DNA of 64,000 nucleotides from NCBI RefSeq assembly GCF_057098645.1, contig NZ_CM169472.1; one strand, 5' to 3'. Shown piece by piece: positions 20,610 to 32,286 of this stretch (position 1 is its first letter; each line of letters starts with the position of its first letter). The notes under the pieces were generated by a model. It saw only the letters and a program-made list of their open reading frames with translations, ran no database searches and was not told where the DNA came from. The position numbers and the translations under genes were made by a program.

Positions 20610-21692
20610 ATGAAAACGATGCGTATTGCTGCGATCCCGGGAGACGGGATTGGCAAAGAAGTCCTTCCTGAAGGGATTCGCGTGTTACAGGCTGCCGCTG
20701 AGCGCTGGGGCTTCGCCTTGAGTTTTGAGCAAATGGAGTGGGCGAGCTGCGAGTATTACAGCCATCACGGTAAAATGATGCCGGACGACTGGCATGAGCA
20801 ACTTAGCCGTTTCGACGCCATCTATTTTGGTGCCGTCGGCTGGCCGGACACCGTTCCGGACCATATTTCGTTGTGGGGTTCGCTGCTGAAATTTCGTCGT
20901 GAATTCGACCAGTACGTCAACCTGCGCCCGGTTCGTCTCTTTCCTGGCGTTCCCTGCCCGCTGGCGGGAAAACAGCCTGGCGACATCGATTTTTACGTGG
21001 TCAGGGAAAACACCGAAGGCGAATATTCCTCGCTCGGCGGTAGAGTGAATGAAGGTACAGAGCATGAAGTCGTCATTCAGGAATCGGTATTTACGCGTCG
21101 TGGTGTCGATCGCATTTTGCGTTATGCCTTCGAACTTGCGCAAAGCCGCCCACGTAAGACGCTAACTTCTGCCACTAAATCAAACGGTTTAGCCATCAGC
21201 ATGCCGTACTGGGATGAGCGAGTGGAAGCAATGGCCGAGAATTACCCGGAGATCCGCTGGGACAAGCAGCATATTGATATTCTCTGCGCGCGTTTTGTGA
21301 TGCAGCCGGAACGCTTCGATGTGGTGGTGGCGTCCAATTTGTTTGGCGATATCCTTTCCGATCTTGGCCCGGCCTGCACCGGCACCATTGGCATTGCCCC
21401 ATCCGCCAACCTGAATCCGGAACGCACTTTCCCGTCGCTCTTCGAGCCTGTCCACGGTTCCGCGCCGGATATCTACGGGAAAAATATTGCTAACCCTATC
21501 GCCACAATTTGGGCCGGTGCAATGATGCTCGATTTTCTCGGCAATGGCGATGAGCGTTTCCAGCAAGCGCATAACGGTATTCTGGCAGCGATTGAAGAAG
21601 TGATTGCTCACGGGCCGAAAACACCGGATATGAAAGGCAGTGCCACCACGCCACAGGTTGCCGACGCGATTTGCAAAATTATTTTGCGTTAA
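20610..21692 (+). CDS. dmlA: D-malate/3-isopropylmalate dehydrogenase DmlA
   Basis: 360-aa isocitrate/isopropylmalate dehydrogenase-family ORF. Confidence 0.9.
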   Translation: MKTMRIAAIPGDGIGKEVLPEGIRVLQAAAERWGFALSFEQMEWASCEYYSHHGKMMPDDWHEQLSRFDAIYFGAVGWPDTVPDHISLWGSLLKFRREFDQYVNLRPVRLFPGVPCPLAGKQPGDIDFYVVRENTEGEYSSLGGRVNEGTEHEVVIQESVFTRRGVDRILRYAFELAQSRPRKTLTSATKSNGLAISMPYWDERVEAMAENYPEIRWDKQHIDILCARFVMQPERFDVVVASNLFGDILSDLGPACTGTIGIAPSANLNPERTFPSLFEPVHGSAPDIYGKNIANPIATIWAGAMMLDFLGNGDERFQQAHNGILAAIEEVIAHGPKTPDMKGSATTPQVADAICKIILR

Positions 21693-21712
21693 GGTCAAAC
21701 CAGTTTATTTGA

Positions 21713-21737
21713 ACCGCGTCACTGACGCGGTTTTTTT
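21713..21737 (+). terminator. Rho-independent terminator after dmlA
   Basis: ACCGCGTCA-ctga-CGCGGT followed by TTTTTTT. Confidence 0.7.
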
Positions 21738-21942
21738 ATTCGTTCTTTGCAGTTAATAACCTGCGTCATTTCACCTTTTATTGTTTCCGTTTCGTGTTTT
21801 ATGGCTTTCCGTATTCTTAATTGTTTAATTTATGTAACATGCAAATAATCAATTTGTTAAACACAACATACAACTCATTACCCTGCAAATAATTACAACT
21901 GGCAAAAGCCAGAGACGGGCTTTTATGCCCAGGAGATGACTC

Positions 21943-23553
21943 ATGATGAGCAATGTTAAGAAAAAAGATGTGCCGCTGATAAGCATCAGCCTGGTGGCCA
22001 TTCTTTTCATCGCAGCTGCATTAAGCCTTTTCCCACAACAATCGACCGACGCGGCCAACGCAATATACACTTTTGTTACGCGTACGTTAGGTTCCGCAGT
22101 ACAGGTATTGGTTTTGCTGGCAATGGGACTGGTGATTTATTTAGCCACCAGTAAATACGGCAATATTCGTCTTGGCGAAGGAAAACCGGAATACAGCACG
22201 CTCTCCTGGCTGTTTATGTTTATTTGTGCCGGTTTAGGTTCTTCTACGCTTTATTGGGGGGTTGCTGAATGGGCCTATTATTATCAAACGCCTGGATTAA
22301 ATATCGCACCGCGTTCACAACAGGCACTCGAATTTAGCGTCCCTTACTCCTTCTTCCACTGGGGCATCAGCGCCTGGGCAACTTATACGCTGGCCTCATT
22401 AATCATGGCTTATCACTTTCATGTGCGGAAAAACAAAGGTCTGAGTCTTTCCGGCATTATTGCCGCGATTACCGGCGTTCGCCCGCAAGGCCCATGGGGA
22501 AAACTGGTTGATTTGATGTTCCTGATCGCCACTGTCGGCGCACTGACTATTTCCCTTGTTGTCACCGCAGCAACCTTTACTCGTGGACTTTCCGCACTGA
22601 CCGGTTTACCCGATAACTTCACCGTGCAGGCATTTGTGATCCTGCTTTCCGGCGGCATTTTTTGCCTAAGCTCATGGATTGGTATCAACAACGGTTTGCA
22701 ACGTCTGAGCAAAATGGTTGGCTGGGGCGCGTTCCTGCTGCCATTACTGGTGCTGATTGTCGGTCCAACCGAATTTATTACCAACAGCATCATCAATGCC
22801 ATCGGCCTGACCACGCAAAACTTCCTGCAAATGAGCTTATTCACCGATCCGCTTGGCGATGGTTCATTTACCCGCAACTGGACCGTTTTCTACTGGCTGT
22901 GGTGGATCTCATACACCCCTGGCGTAGCAATGTTTGTCACCCGCGTTTCCCGCGGTCGTAAGATTAAAGAAGTTATCTGGGGACTGATCCTCGGCAGCAC
23001 CGTCGGTTGCTGGTTCTTCTTCGGCGTAATGGAAAGCTATGCCATTCATCAGTTTATCAATGGCGTAATCAACGTCCCACAGGTGCTGGAAACACTGGGC
23101 GGCGAAACAGCTGTACAGCAAGTTCTGATGTCGTTGCCAGCCGGTAAATTGTTCCTCGCCGCATACCTGGGCGTGATGATTATTTTCCTTGCCTCGCATA
23201 TGGATGCAGTGGCCTAAACCATGGCGGCGACCAGTACGCGTAATCTCCAGGAAGGTGACGATCCTGACCGTGGGCTGCGTCTTTTCTGGTGCGTGGTGAT
23301 CACTCTGATCCCGCTTTCCATCTTGTTTACCGGTGCTTCGCTGGAAACGATGAAAACCACCGTCGTGCTCACAGCCCTTCCCTTCCTCGTCATTTTACTG
23401 GTGAAAGTCGGCGGATTTATTCGCTGGCTGAAACAGGATTACGCCGACATTCCGGCTCATCAAGTTGAACATTATCTCCCGCAGACACCGGTTGAAGCCC
23501 TGGAAAAAACACCAGTGCTCCCTGCGGGAACCGTATTCAAAGGCGACAACTGA
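21943..23553 (+). pseudogene. yeaV: BCCT-family transporter gene yeaV interrupted by an in-frame TAA at 23215..23217
   Basis: ORFs 21943..23217 and 23221..23553 are in the same frame, separated by TAA plus one codon; the C-terminal piece carries the last TM helix by alignment to CaiT. Confidence 0.6.
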
Positions 23554-23584
23554 GCGCCATCATCCTAACGATAAAGGTATCCCT

Positions 23585-24709
23585 ATGAGCAATCTGAGCC
23601 CTGACTTTGTACTACCCGAAAATTTTTGCGCTAACCCGCAAGAGGCGTGGACCATTCCTGCCCGTTTTTATACCGATCAGAACGCCTTTGAACACGAAAA
23701 AGAGAACGTCTTCGCCAAAAGCTGGATTTGCGTCGCTCACAGCAGCGAACTGGCGAATGCCAATGATTATGTAACGCGTGAGATCATTGGCGAAAGCATC
23801 GTGCTGGTACGCGGTCGTGATAAGGTTTTGCGCGCGTTCTATAACGTGTGTCCGCACCGTGGTCATCAGTTGTTGAGCGGTGAAGGAAAAGCAAAAAATG
23901 TGATTACCTGCCCATATCACGCATGGGCATTCAAACTCGATGGCAATCTGGCCCATGCACGTAACTGCGAAAACGTCGCCAATTTCGATAGCGACAAAGC
24001 GCAACTGGTTCCGGTGCGTCTGGAAGAATATGCCGGATTCGTCTTCATCAACATGGACCCCAACGCCACCAGCGTAGAAGATCAGTTACCCGGTCTGGGC
24101 GCGAAAGTGCTGGAAGCCTGCCCGGAAGTCCACGATCTGAAACTGGCGGCCCGCTTTACCACCCGTACGCCTGCCAACTGGAAGAACATTGTCGATAACT
24201 ATCTCGAGTGCTATCACTGTGGTCCGGCGCATCCAGGTTTCTCCGACTCCGTACAGATTGATCGTTACTGGCACACCATGCACGGTAACTGGACGCTGCA
24301 ATACGGTTTCGCCAAACCGTCCGAACAGTCGTTTAAATTTGAAGAGGGTACGGATGCGGCATTCCACGGTTTCTGGCTGTGGCCGTGCACGATGCTGAAC
24401 GTCACCCCGATCAAAGGGATGATGACGGTCATTTATGAATTCCCGGTGGATTCTGAAACTACCCTGCAAAACTACGATATTTACTTCACCAATGAAGAGT
24501 TAACCGACGAGCAAAAATCGCTGATTGAGTGGTATCGCGATGTGTTCCGTCCGGAAGATTTACGTCTGGTTGAAAGCGTACAGAAAGGGCTGAAATCGCG
24601 TGGCTATCGTGGTCAGGGGCGCATCATGGCCGACAGTAGCGGTAGCGGCATTTCCGAACATGGTATCGCCCATTTCCATAATCTGCTGGCGCAGGTATTT
24701 AAGGACTAA
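23585..24709 (+). CDS. yeaW: Rieske-type carnitine monooxygenase oxygenase subunit YeaW
   Basis: Start ATG 23585 (MSNLSPDF) gives 374 aa; Rieske CPHRG...CPYHAW motif. Confidence 0.9.
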   Translation: MSNLSPDFVLPENFCANPQEAWTIPARFYTDQNAFEHEKENVFAKSWICVAHSSELANANDYVTREIIGESIVLVRGRDKVLRAFYNVCPHRGHQLLSGEGKAKNVITCPYHAWAFKLDGNLAHARNCENVANFDSDKAQLVPVRLEEYAGFVFINMDPNATSVEDQLPGLGAKVLEACPEVHDLKLAARFTTRTPANWKNIVDNYLECYHCGPAHPGFSDSVQIDRYWHTMHGNWTLQYGFAKPSEQSFKFEEGTDAAFHGFWLWPCTMLNVTPIKGMMTVIYEFPVDSETTLQNYDIYFTNEELTDEQKSLIEWYRDVFRPEDLRLVESVQKGLKSRGYRGQGRIMADSSGSGISEHGIAHFHNLLAQVFKD

Positions 24710-24764
24710 TGACATCGGCGGCGGTATTTTCCGCCGCCGGGCTGATTTTTGATGGAGTACAGCA

Positions 24765-25730
24765 ATGTCAGACTATCAAATGTTTGAAGTACAGGTGAGT
24801 CAGGTGGAACCACTTACCGAACAGGTGAAACGCTTCACGCTGGTGGCAACCGATGGCAAACCGCTGCCTGCGTTCACCGGAGGAAGTCACATCATAGTGC
24901 AGATGAGCGATGGTGATAACCAGTACAGCAATGCGTATTCACTACTGAGTTCACCGCATAACACCTCTAGTTATCAGATTGCCGTTCGACTGGAAGAAAA
25001 CTCGCGCGGCGGTTCCCGCTTTTTGCATCAGCAGGTAAAAGTGGGCGATCGGTTAACGATCTCAACGCCTAATAACCTGTTTGCGCTAATTCCCTCAGCC
25101 AGAAAGCATCTGTTTATCGCGGGCGGTATTGGTATCACCCCTTTCCTGTCGCACATGGCAGAGTTGCAACACAGCAACGTCGACTGGCAGCTACATTACT
25201 GCTCGCGAAATCCAGAAAGTTGCGCATTTCGTGATGAGCTAGTCCAGCATCCGCAGGCTGAGAAAGTCCATTTGCATCATTCATCAACCGGAACACGACT
25301 GGAATTAGCGCGATTATTGGCGGATATCGAACCTGGCACACACGTTTATACCTGTGGCCCCGAGGCGCTAATTGAAGCGGTAAGAAGTGAAGCTGCGCGT
25401 CTGGACATCGCCGCCGATACGCTGCACTTTGAGCAATTTGCTATCGAAGACAAAACCGGCGATGCATTTACCCTAGTGCTTGCCCGTTCCGGAAAAGAGT
25501 TTGTGGTGCCGGAAGAGATGACTATTTTGCAGGTTATTGAAAATAATAAAGCCGCGAAAGTGGAATGTTTATGTCGTGAAGGGATATGCGGAACCTGCGA
25601 AACGGCAATACTGGAAGGTGAAGCTGACCATCGGGATCAGTATTTTAGCGATGAAGAGCGTGCCAGCCAGCAAAGTATGTTGATCTGTTGTTCGCGTGCG
25701 AAGGGTAAACGCCTGGTGTTGGATTTGTAG
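24765..25730 (+). CDS. yeaX: Carnitine monooxygenase reductase subunit YeaX (FNR-like plus 2Fe-2S ferredoxin)
   Basis: 321-aa ORF with C-terminal CxxxxCxxC ferredoxin motif. Confidence 0.9.
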   Translation: MSDYQMFEVQVSQVEPLTEQVKRFTLVATDGKPLPAFTGGSHIIVQMSDGDNQYSNAYSLLSSPHNTSSYQIAVRLEENSRGGSRFLHQQVKVGDRLTISTPNNLFALIPSARKHLFIAGGIGITPFLSHMAELQHSNVDWQLHYCSRNPESCAFRDELVQHPQAEKVHLHHSSTGTRLELARLLADIEPGTHVYTCGPEALIEAVRSEAARLDIAADTLHFEQFAIEDKTGDAFTLVLARSGKEFVVPEEMTILQVIENNKAAKVECLCREGICGTCETAILEGEADHRDQYFSDEERASQQSMLICCSRAKGKRLVLDL

Positions 25731-25734
25731 TTTG

Positions 25735-25777
25735 CCGAAGCCGGATGTGGCGCTGAGCGCGCCCAGTCCGGCTTCGG
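25735..25777. terminator. Long palindrome between convergent yeaX and rnd
   Basis: CCGAAGCCGGA...TCCGGCTTCGG. Confidence 0.5.
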
Positions 25778-25783
25778 AAGATT

Positions 25784-26911
25784 TTACTGCGGATATTCCT
25801 GCAATAAATTGTGTAATGCTTCCGCCATCAGCTCACCACGCCAGCCGGAAATCAGCTCCGGCAAATTGTTCTGCGGTTTCAGTTTCCAGTGCCAGTTCAG
25901 CAGTTGGTTGATTTGCCGACGCGATGCCAGCAATTCGGCGCTGATATTATGCGTTTCGCTCACGTCAGTAATCAGCGACTTAATCGCTTTAAACGCTTTA
26001 CGATAACCCGGCATGTCCATCAGGTTAAGCATCGGCTGCGGTAAGGCATCTTCCGGCAATGTCTGCGCTTTTTCCACCAGCGCCAGCAGCGTTTTACCGT
26101 GAAAGCGGATTTCGCTACCGGATAAACCCAGGCTGTCCAGTTCGCCTAAACTTCCCGGCATATAACGCGCTACCGACCACAAATGCTCTTCACGCACGAC
26201 AAAGTTCACCGCCAGATCGCGCTCTCGCGCCTTGCGCAGTCGCCAGTCGGCTAACAGTTGCAGACAGGCCAGTTGGCGTGTGCGTAATTGCCAGGCATTG
26301 GTGATATCACGCCAGGCATCTTCCGGCGCAACGACTTCCTGACGACGCATTTGCATCAGGCGACATTCATCCAGCGCCGCTGGTAGCCAGCCGGAGGCCT
26401 CCGTTTCTACCATAAGCTTGGCGGTGATCGGTAACAGATACCAGACATCCGCCGCTGCATATTCACACTGACGTTCGGTCAGCGGTCTGGCCAGCCAGTC
26501 GGTGCGCGATTCACTCTTGTCCAGCGTAACGCCGGAATACTCTTCCACCATGGAAGCGAAACCCCATGACATCGGGCGTCCGCAGAAGGCAGCAAGGATT
26601 TGCGTGTCAATCAGGGGTTGTGGTAATTCGCCAAAGACATTGAGGAACACTTCCAGATCTTCACTGCCTGCATGGAGAAATTTTGTGATGGACGGATCGC
26701 GCAGGATCGCTTTCAGCGGTGACCAGTCGGTGATCCCGAGAGGATCAATTAGCGCCAGATGCTCGCCATCGAAAAGTTGAATCAACCCCAGCTGCGGGTA
26801 ATAAGTGCGCGTACGAACAAATTCAGTATCCAGGGCTATCGCCGGAAAGGCACGGACGGCTTCACACAAAGAAGCCAGCGCATCGTCCGTGGTAATCATT
26901 TGGTAATTCAA
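25784..26911 (-). CDS. rnd: Ribonuclease D
   Basis: 375-aa ORF recognised as RNase D. Confidence 0.9.
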   Translation of the reverse strand: MNYQMITTDDALASLCEAVRAFPAIALDTEFVRTRTYYPQLGLIQLFDGEHLALIDPLGITDWSPLKAILRDPSITKFLHAGSEDLEVFLNVFGELPQPLIDTQILAAFCGRPMSWGFASMVEEYSGVTLDKSESRTDWLARPLTERQCEYAAADVWYLLPITAKLMVETEASGWLPAALDECRLMQMRRQEVVAPEDAWRDITNAWQLRTRQLACLQLLADWRLRKARERDLAVNFVVREEHLWSVARYMPGSLGELDSLGLSGSEIRFHGKTLLALVEKAQTLPEDALPQPMLNLMDMPGYRKAFKAIKSLITDVSETHNISAELLASRRQINQLLNWHWKLKPQNNLPELISGWRGELMAEALHNLLQEYPQ

Positions 26912-26932
26912 ATTGTATTCTCTTTAGTGGGC

Positions 26933-26965
26933 GTCAAAAAAAAAGCCGGATTAACCGGCGTCTGA
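26933..26965 (-). terminator. Rho-independent terminator after fadD
   Basis: GCCGGTTAATCCGGC followed by a T-run on the minus strand. Confidence 0.6.
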
Positions 26966-26980
26966 CGACTGACTTAACGC

Positions 26981-28666
26981 TCAGGCTTTATTGTCCACTT
27001 TGCCGCGCGCTTCGTCACGTAATTCTCGTCGCAAAATTTTTCCGACGTTAGATTTCGGTAACTCATCACGAAACTCCACCAGCTTCGGTACTTTGTAGCC
27101 CGTGAGCTGACGGCGGCAAAAGGTCACCAGTGACTCTTCGGTAAGCGATGGATCTTTTTTCACTACGAAGATTTTCACCGCTTCACCACTGGAGCCGGAA
27201 GGTACGCCAACAGCCGCGACTTCCTGTACGCCAGGATGCTGCATGACGACATCTTCAATCTCGTTGGGATAGACGTTAAAACCGGAAACCAGAATCATGT
27301 CTTTTTTACGATCGACAATGCGCAGGAACCCTTCTTCATCCATCACCGCGATGTCGCCGGTGTGTAACCAGCCATTTTTGATGATCTCATCTGTAGCATC
27401 CGGACGCTGCCAGTAACCCAGCATCACCTGCGGTCCTTTGACACAAAGCTCACCCGGTTGACCCGGTGGTACTTCATTATCATCATCATCCACCAGTTTG
27501 GCTTCCGTCGACGGCACCGGCAAACCGATGCTACCACTATGATAATCAATATCATATGGGTTAACGCTGACCAGCGGCGCACACTCGGTAAGGCCATAGC
27601 CTTCCAGCAGATACTGTCCTGTCAGTTTCACCCAACGCTCTGCCACCACTTGCTGCACTGGCATCCCACCGCCTGCGGAAAGATGCAGACTGGAGAAATC
27701 CAGCTGCTGGAACTCTTTATTGTTCAGCAACGCATTGAACAAGGTGTTAACGCCAGTGATAGCGGTAAACGGATATTTCGCTAACTCTTTTACCAACCCT
27801 GGAATATCACGCGGGTTAGTGATAAGCAGGTTCTGCCCACCCAGTTCGATAAACAGCAGGCAGTTAATGGTCAGGGCAAAAATGTGATACAGCGGCAGTG
27901 CCGTTACTACCAGTTCTTTACCTGGATGCAGCAACGGCCCATAGGTAGCGTTGACCTGTTCCAGGTTCGCCAGCATATTGCGGTGAGTCAGCATCGCGCC
28001 TTTCGCCACACCTGTGGTGCCGCCGGTGTATTGCAGGAAGGCTAAATCTTCCGGCACCAGTTCGGGTTTGACGTACTGCATCCGGTAGCCGTTATGCAGT
28101 GCGCTACGAAATGAAATGGCATCTGGCAGATGGTATTTCGGCACCAAACGCTTGATGTATTTAACAACGAAATTGACTACCGTGCCTTTTGCCGTAGATA
28201 GCTGATCGCCCATACGGGTCAGAATTACGTGCTGAACGGCGGTTTTATCAACTACCTTTTCCAGAGTGTGGGCAAAGTTAGACACGATAACAATCGCCGA
28301 TGCGCCACTATCGTTAAGCTGATGCTCAAGCTCGCGCGGGGTATACAACGGGTTGACGTTTACGACAATCATCCCGGCGCGCAAAATGCCAAACAGCGCC
28401 ACTGGATATTGCAATAAGTTAGGCATCATCAGCGCAACGCGATCGCCTTTCTTCAGCCCCAACCCTTGTTGCAAATAAGCGGCAAACGCGCGACTGCGCT
28501 CTTCCAGCTTGCGGAAGGTCATCACCTCCCCCATATTCACAAACGCAGGCTGATCGGCGTAGCGCGCGACCGACTGCTCAAACATATCTACCAGAGATTG
28601 ATAACGGTCAGGGTTGATCTCCGTCGGAACGTCCGCGGGATAACGGTTAAGCCAAACCTTCTTCAA
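26981..28666 (-). CDS. fadD: Long-chain fatty-acid-CoA ligase FadD
   Basis: TTG start at 28666 after GAGGTG gives 561 aa; AMP-binding motifs; ORF-track start 28732 is an upstream extension. Confidence 0.9.
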
Positions 28667-28870
28667 TTCTTCACCTCTAAAATGCGTGTTCGTCGTCATC
28701 GCAACCCCAAATGATATACATGCTGTTAACATAATATTAACTCATCATACCAGCTTGATAATTACCCAACGAAAAGGTTGCGAAGCGCGTCACTATTTAT
28801 TTTTATCTTTACCGTAAGAATGCAGAAACAGCGGACCAGCCGCTGTTTCTTTTTCTTTAAAAACAAGCAA

Positions 28871-29452
28871 TTATTCAGTTACAACTGTTTGTACTCTCGC
28901 GGGGCCGGGATTATACCAGCCCCATCCGCCGTAGCCATAGGGCCAGCCACGACCGCCATAAAACCATGGATCAATCGGCTGAGGCGGCATAATCACCTGC
29001 TGGGTAAAATGCCAACGTTTGTAACCCGTTACTTGCATCACCATAAATTTATAGGGCGTATTGCCGATTTTGCCGTCAACCGCACCAGTGATTGGCCCGA
29101 CTACCGTAACCAGTTGTCCACGGAAATCCACCGGGTCCAGAAAACCGTTCACATCGGCATAAATGCGACCGCGAGAAGGTTCTCCCAGCGTCGGTCTGGC
29201 TCCGCTGTCCAGCGGTACGGTAGCAATCTCCAGGCGGGTTTTCCCTTGCTGGTTTTGTACCGCAACCACTTTGCCACCAAAGCGTGCCTCCTGACCAACG
29301 TACAGCTGCGGCGCACTCATCACCCGAACTAAATCTTGTTGCGGCGTGGGACTGCTGCCTTTAATGGCGTCCGGCACAGTGACACAACCGCTCAGCATTA
29401 GCGCAAACGTACCTGCCAGTATGCCTTTGATAACATTCTTTTGAACCGCCAT
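28871..29452 (-). CDS. yeaY: Slp-family outer-membrane lipoprotein YeaY
   Basis: 193-aa ORF with lipobox LSGC. Confidence 0.85.
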   Translation of the reverse strand: MAVQKNVIKGILAGTFALMLSGCVTVPDAIKGSSPTPQQDLVRVMSAPQLYVGQEARFGGKVVAVQNQQGKTRLEIATVPLDSGARPTLGEPSRGRIYADVNGFLDPVDFRGQLVTVVGPITGAVDGKIGNTPYKFMVMQVTGYKRWHFTQQVIMPPQPIDPWFYGGRGWPYGYGGWGWYNPGPARVQTVVTE

Positions 29453-29491
29453 GATGCGACTCCTTTTTTTCTCAGGGCATACTCTTAAGAT

Positions 29492-30187
29492 TCATTCTTT
29501 GCCCGGAAGTTTCTTCCATGCGACGTTGTTACGTAAATAAACCGGTTCGGCATGTTCCACCGCCACCGTTTTACCCTCGGCAAACATCTGACACGCAATC
29601 GGCAGCATATCTTCCGCCGCTGGCAGTAAAACTTCTCCGTCGCGCAAAACCAGCCCGCTCTCTTTACCGAGATCCGGCCAGGCTTGCCAGCCCGTCCCTA
29701 CCGTCACCCATTCGCCGGAAAGCTGTTGCATTCGTTCATGAACGAGTTCGGGTTTGAGTACGGCTTCGGTTTCTTCACCGTGCCAGATACCGTTTTCATC
29801 ACGCTGATATTCGGCCCAGTAAACTTCGCCCATTCGCGCGTCAATGGCTGACAGCACGCGTGTTGCGCCGTTTTTGCGCCACGCCCCTTGCGCCATCGTC
29901 ATTAGCGTGGAGACGCCAATCATCGGTAATTCCGCGCCAAGCGCCAGCCCTTGCGCGATGCCAATACCAATGCGCACGCCGGTAAAGCTACCGGGGCCGC
30001 GCCCGTAAGCCAGAGCGTTAATATCAGTCAGGGAAGTTCCGCTGGTGGTCAGGATATCCTGCACCATCGGTAAGATTCGTTGAGTATGTTCACGAGGGCA
30101 AAGCTCAAAATGAGCGTTGACAGTACCGTCGTTCCACAGGGCGACAGAGCAGGCCTCTGTCGCGGTATCGATAGCCAGAATTCGCAT
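29492..30187 (-). CDS. tsaB: tRNA t6A37 biosynthesis protein TsaB
   Basis: 231-aa ORF recognised as TsaB. Confidence 0.9.
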   Translation of the reverse strand: MRILAIDTATEACSVALWNDGTVNAHFELCPREHTQRILPMVQDILTTSGTSLTDINALAYGRGPGSFTGVRIGIGIAQGLALGAELPMIGVSTLMTMAQGAWRKNGATRVLSAIDARMGEVYWAEYQRDENGIWHGEETEAVLKPELVHERMQQLSGEWVTVGTGWQAWPDLGKESGLVLRDGEVLLPAAEDMLPIACQMFAEGKTVAVEHAEPVYLRNNVAWKKLPGKE

Positions 30188-30244
30188 GGGTCTTCGTGCT
30201 TAGATCAATAAAAAGGCGCGCATCATACCATACTCCGTAACAAA

Positions 30245-32155
30245 TTACCTGGAGGATGGTATCGCAAGGAAACGAACCGCACGGGCAATGTCACGGGTGC
30301 GCGGCGCTGGCGGCAGACTGGCGAGAAACGTCGCGCCGTAAGGGCGCATCACCAGCCGGTTGTCGCAAATCACCAAAACCCCGCGATCGTCGGCGTCGCG
30401 AATCAGTCGCCCTACCCCCTGCTTGAGAGTAATGACCGCATCCGGCAGTTGCACTTCATCGAACGGGTCGCCACCGCGCAAACGACAATCTTCCATGCGC
30501 GCTTTTAACAGTGGATCATCCGGCGAGGTAAACGGCAATTTGTCGATAATTACCAATGACAATGTATCGCCACGCACGTCCACCCCTTCCCAGAAACTAC
30601 TGGTTGCCACAAGAAGCGCGTTACCGGCGCTGACAAATTGCTGCAACAGTTGCCCTTTGCTGGTTTCCCCCTGCAACAAAACGGGAAGCGTCATGGTAGC
30701 GCGGAACTGCTCGGCCAGATCGCGCATCATGGCGTGCGAGGTACAAAGCATAAAACAACGACCGTTGTTAGCTTCGATGATCGGTCGCAGCATTGCCGCC
30801 AGTTGCCGTGCACAACCCGGTTGATTGGTTTGCGGCAGGTTGCGCGGCACACAGAGTAACGCCTGGCGGCTGTAATCAAACGGGCTTGGCAATAGCAACG
30901 ACTCCGCCTGTTCTATCCCAAGCCGCGAGGTGAAATGATGCAGATCGTCGTTCACCGACAGCGTTGCTGAGGTGAAGATCCAGCTACCGGGCTTTTGCGC
31001 CATTAACTCTTTGAATTTATCCGCCACGCTGAGCGGCGTGAGAGCCAGAGTAAAATGGCGCGAAGTGCATTCGTACCAGTAGCTGTAGCCCGGCTGATTG
31101 ATCTCTTTTAGCCGCTTCAGCCGTGTGCGATACAACGTGGCGCGCTCAAATGCCGCATCCAGCAAGGCGGAACGCCCCAGTGACAGTTTCGCCACGTCAT
31201 AACAAAGTTCCAGGGTGTCATCGAGCAGTAAAAATGCCCGCTGAATTTGCGGATTAGCTAACAGCTCACGCAGGTTACCGCGATAACCTGGCTCACCGAG
31301 TTGCAGACGAAAATCCTGCGCACTCTGGGCAAGACGATCAGCGCACTTTTGTAACTGCTGGGTGTCTTTTAATTCGGTGCGGTAGGCGATGGTGATGTCT
31401 TTTGCCAGGTCGAGCAGTTGTCGACTGGAGAGTGACTGACCAAAATACTGGCTGGCAATGTCCGGTAGCTGGTGGGCTTCGTCGAAGATCATGACGTCCG
31501 CTTCCGGGATCAGTTCGCCAAATCGACTCTCTTTAACCACCATATCCGCCAGAAAGAGATGATGGTTTACCACCACCACATCGGCGTCCATCGCTTTTTT
31601 ACGTGCTTTGACCACAAAGCAATCTTTATACATCGGGCAGTCGCTGCCAAGACAGTTGTCGTTGGTGCTGGTGACCAGCGGCCACGCCTGTGAATCTTCC
31701 GCCACGCTGACGCAGGTGCTGATATCACCATCGACTGTTTGATTAGACCAGGAGCGCAGCAGGATCACATCGCTTAAGATTTGTACCGGCAGTTCGCCCC
31801 CCGCCAGCGCCTGCTGTTCGAGACGCTCGAGGCAGAGGTAGTTTGAGCGCCCTTTCAGCAGCGCCACGTTGCCCGTATATTTCAATGCCTTTGAGACTGT
31901 TGGCAAATCGCGGCTGTAGAGCTGATCCTGCAACGCTTTTGAGCCGGTCGAGATAATGACTTTCTTTTTCGCCCGCAGCGCAGGAGCCAGGTAAGCGTAG
32001 GTTTTGCCCGTACCGGTTCCTGCTTCCACCACCAGCGGCTGGCCTTTTTCTATCGCCTGGGTGACGGCTACCGCCATCTGTCGCTGTGGTTCTCGCGGCT
32101 TAAAGCCTGGTATCGCTTTCGCCAGCTGACCGTCTGGTGCAAAATCGTCCGTCAC
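30245..32155 (-). CDS. yoaA: DinG-family ATP-dependent helicase YoaA
   Basis: 636-aa ORF with Walker A GTGTGKT and DEAH box. Confidence 0.9.
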   Translation of the reverse strand: MTDDFAPDGQLAKAIPGFKPREPQRQMAVAVTQAIEKGQPLVVEAGTGTGKTYAYLAPALRAKKKVIISTGSKALQDQLYSRDLPTVSKALKYTGNVALLKGRSNYLCLERLEQQALAGGELPVQILSDVILLRSWSNQTVDGDISTCVSVAEDSQAWPLVTSTNDNCLGSDCPMYKDCFVVKARKKAMDADVVVVNHHLFLADMVVKESRFGELIPEADVMIFDEAHQLPDIASQYFGQSLSSRQLLDLAKDITIAYRTELKDTQQLQKCADRLAQSAQDFRLQLGEPGYRGNLRELLANPQIQRAFLLLDDTLELCYDVAKLSLGRSALLDAAFERATLYRTRLKRLKEINQPGYSYWYECTSRHFTLALTPLSVADKFKELMAQKPGSWIFTSATLSVNDDLHHFTSRLGIEQAESLLLPSPFDYSRQALLCVPRNLPQTNQPGCARQLAAMLRPIIEANNGRCFMLCTSHAMMRDLAEQFRATMTLPVLLQGETSKGQLLQQFVSAGNALLVATSSFWEGVDVRGDTLSLVIIDKLPFTSPDDPLLKARMEDCRLRGGDPFDEVQLPDAVITLKQGVGRLIRDADDRGVLVICDNRLVMRPYGATFLASLPPAPRTRDIARAVRFLAIPSSR

Positions 32156-32286
32156 ACTACCCCCTGTTGATTTGAACAGGGATTATGTCAGGATGAGGGC
32201 GCTTTCGCCAGTTGAAGTGGTGACGGCGACCTCACATTGTGGCAGTCTTTGCAGCACGAAAATGGAAGGATAATGAGGACAAAATG

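Noticed and set aside
23215-23217. The yeaV TAA as programmed read-through or selenocysteine recoding
   Set aside because: The codon is UAA rather than UGA, and no SECIS-like hairpin follows; a point mutation of a Tyr codon is the simpler explanation.
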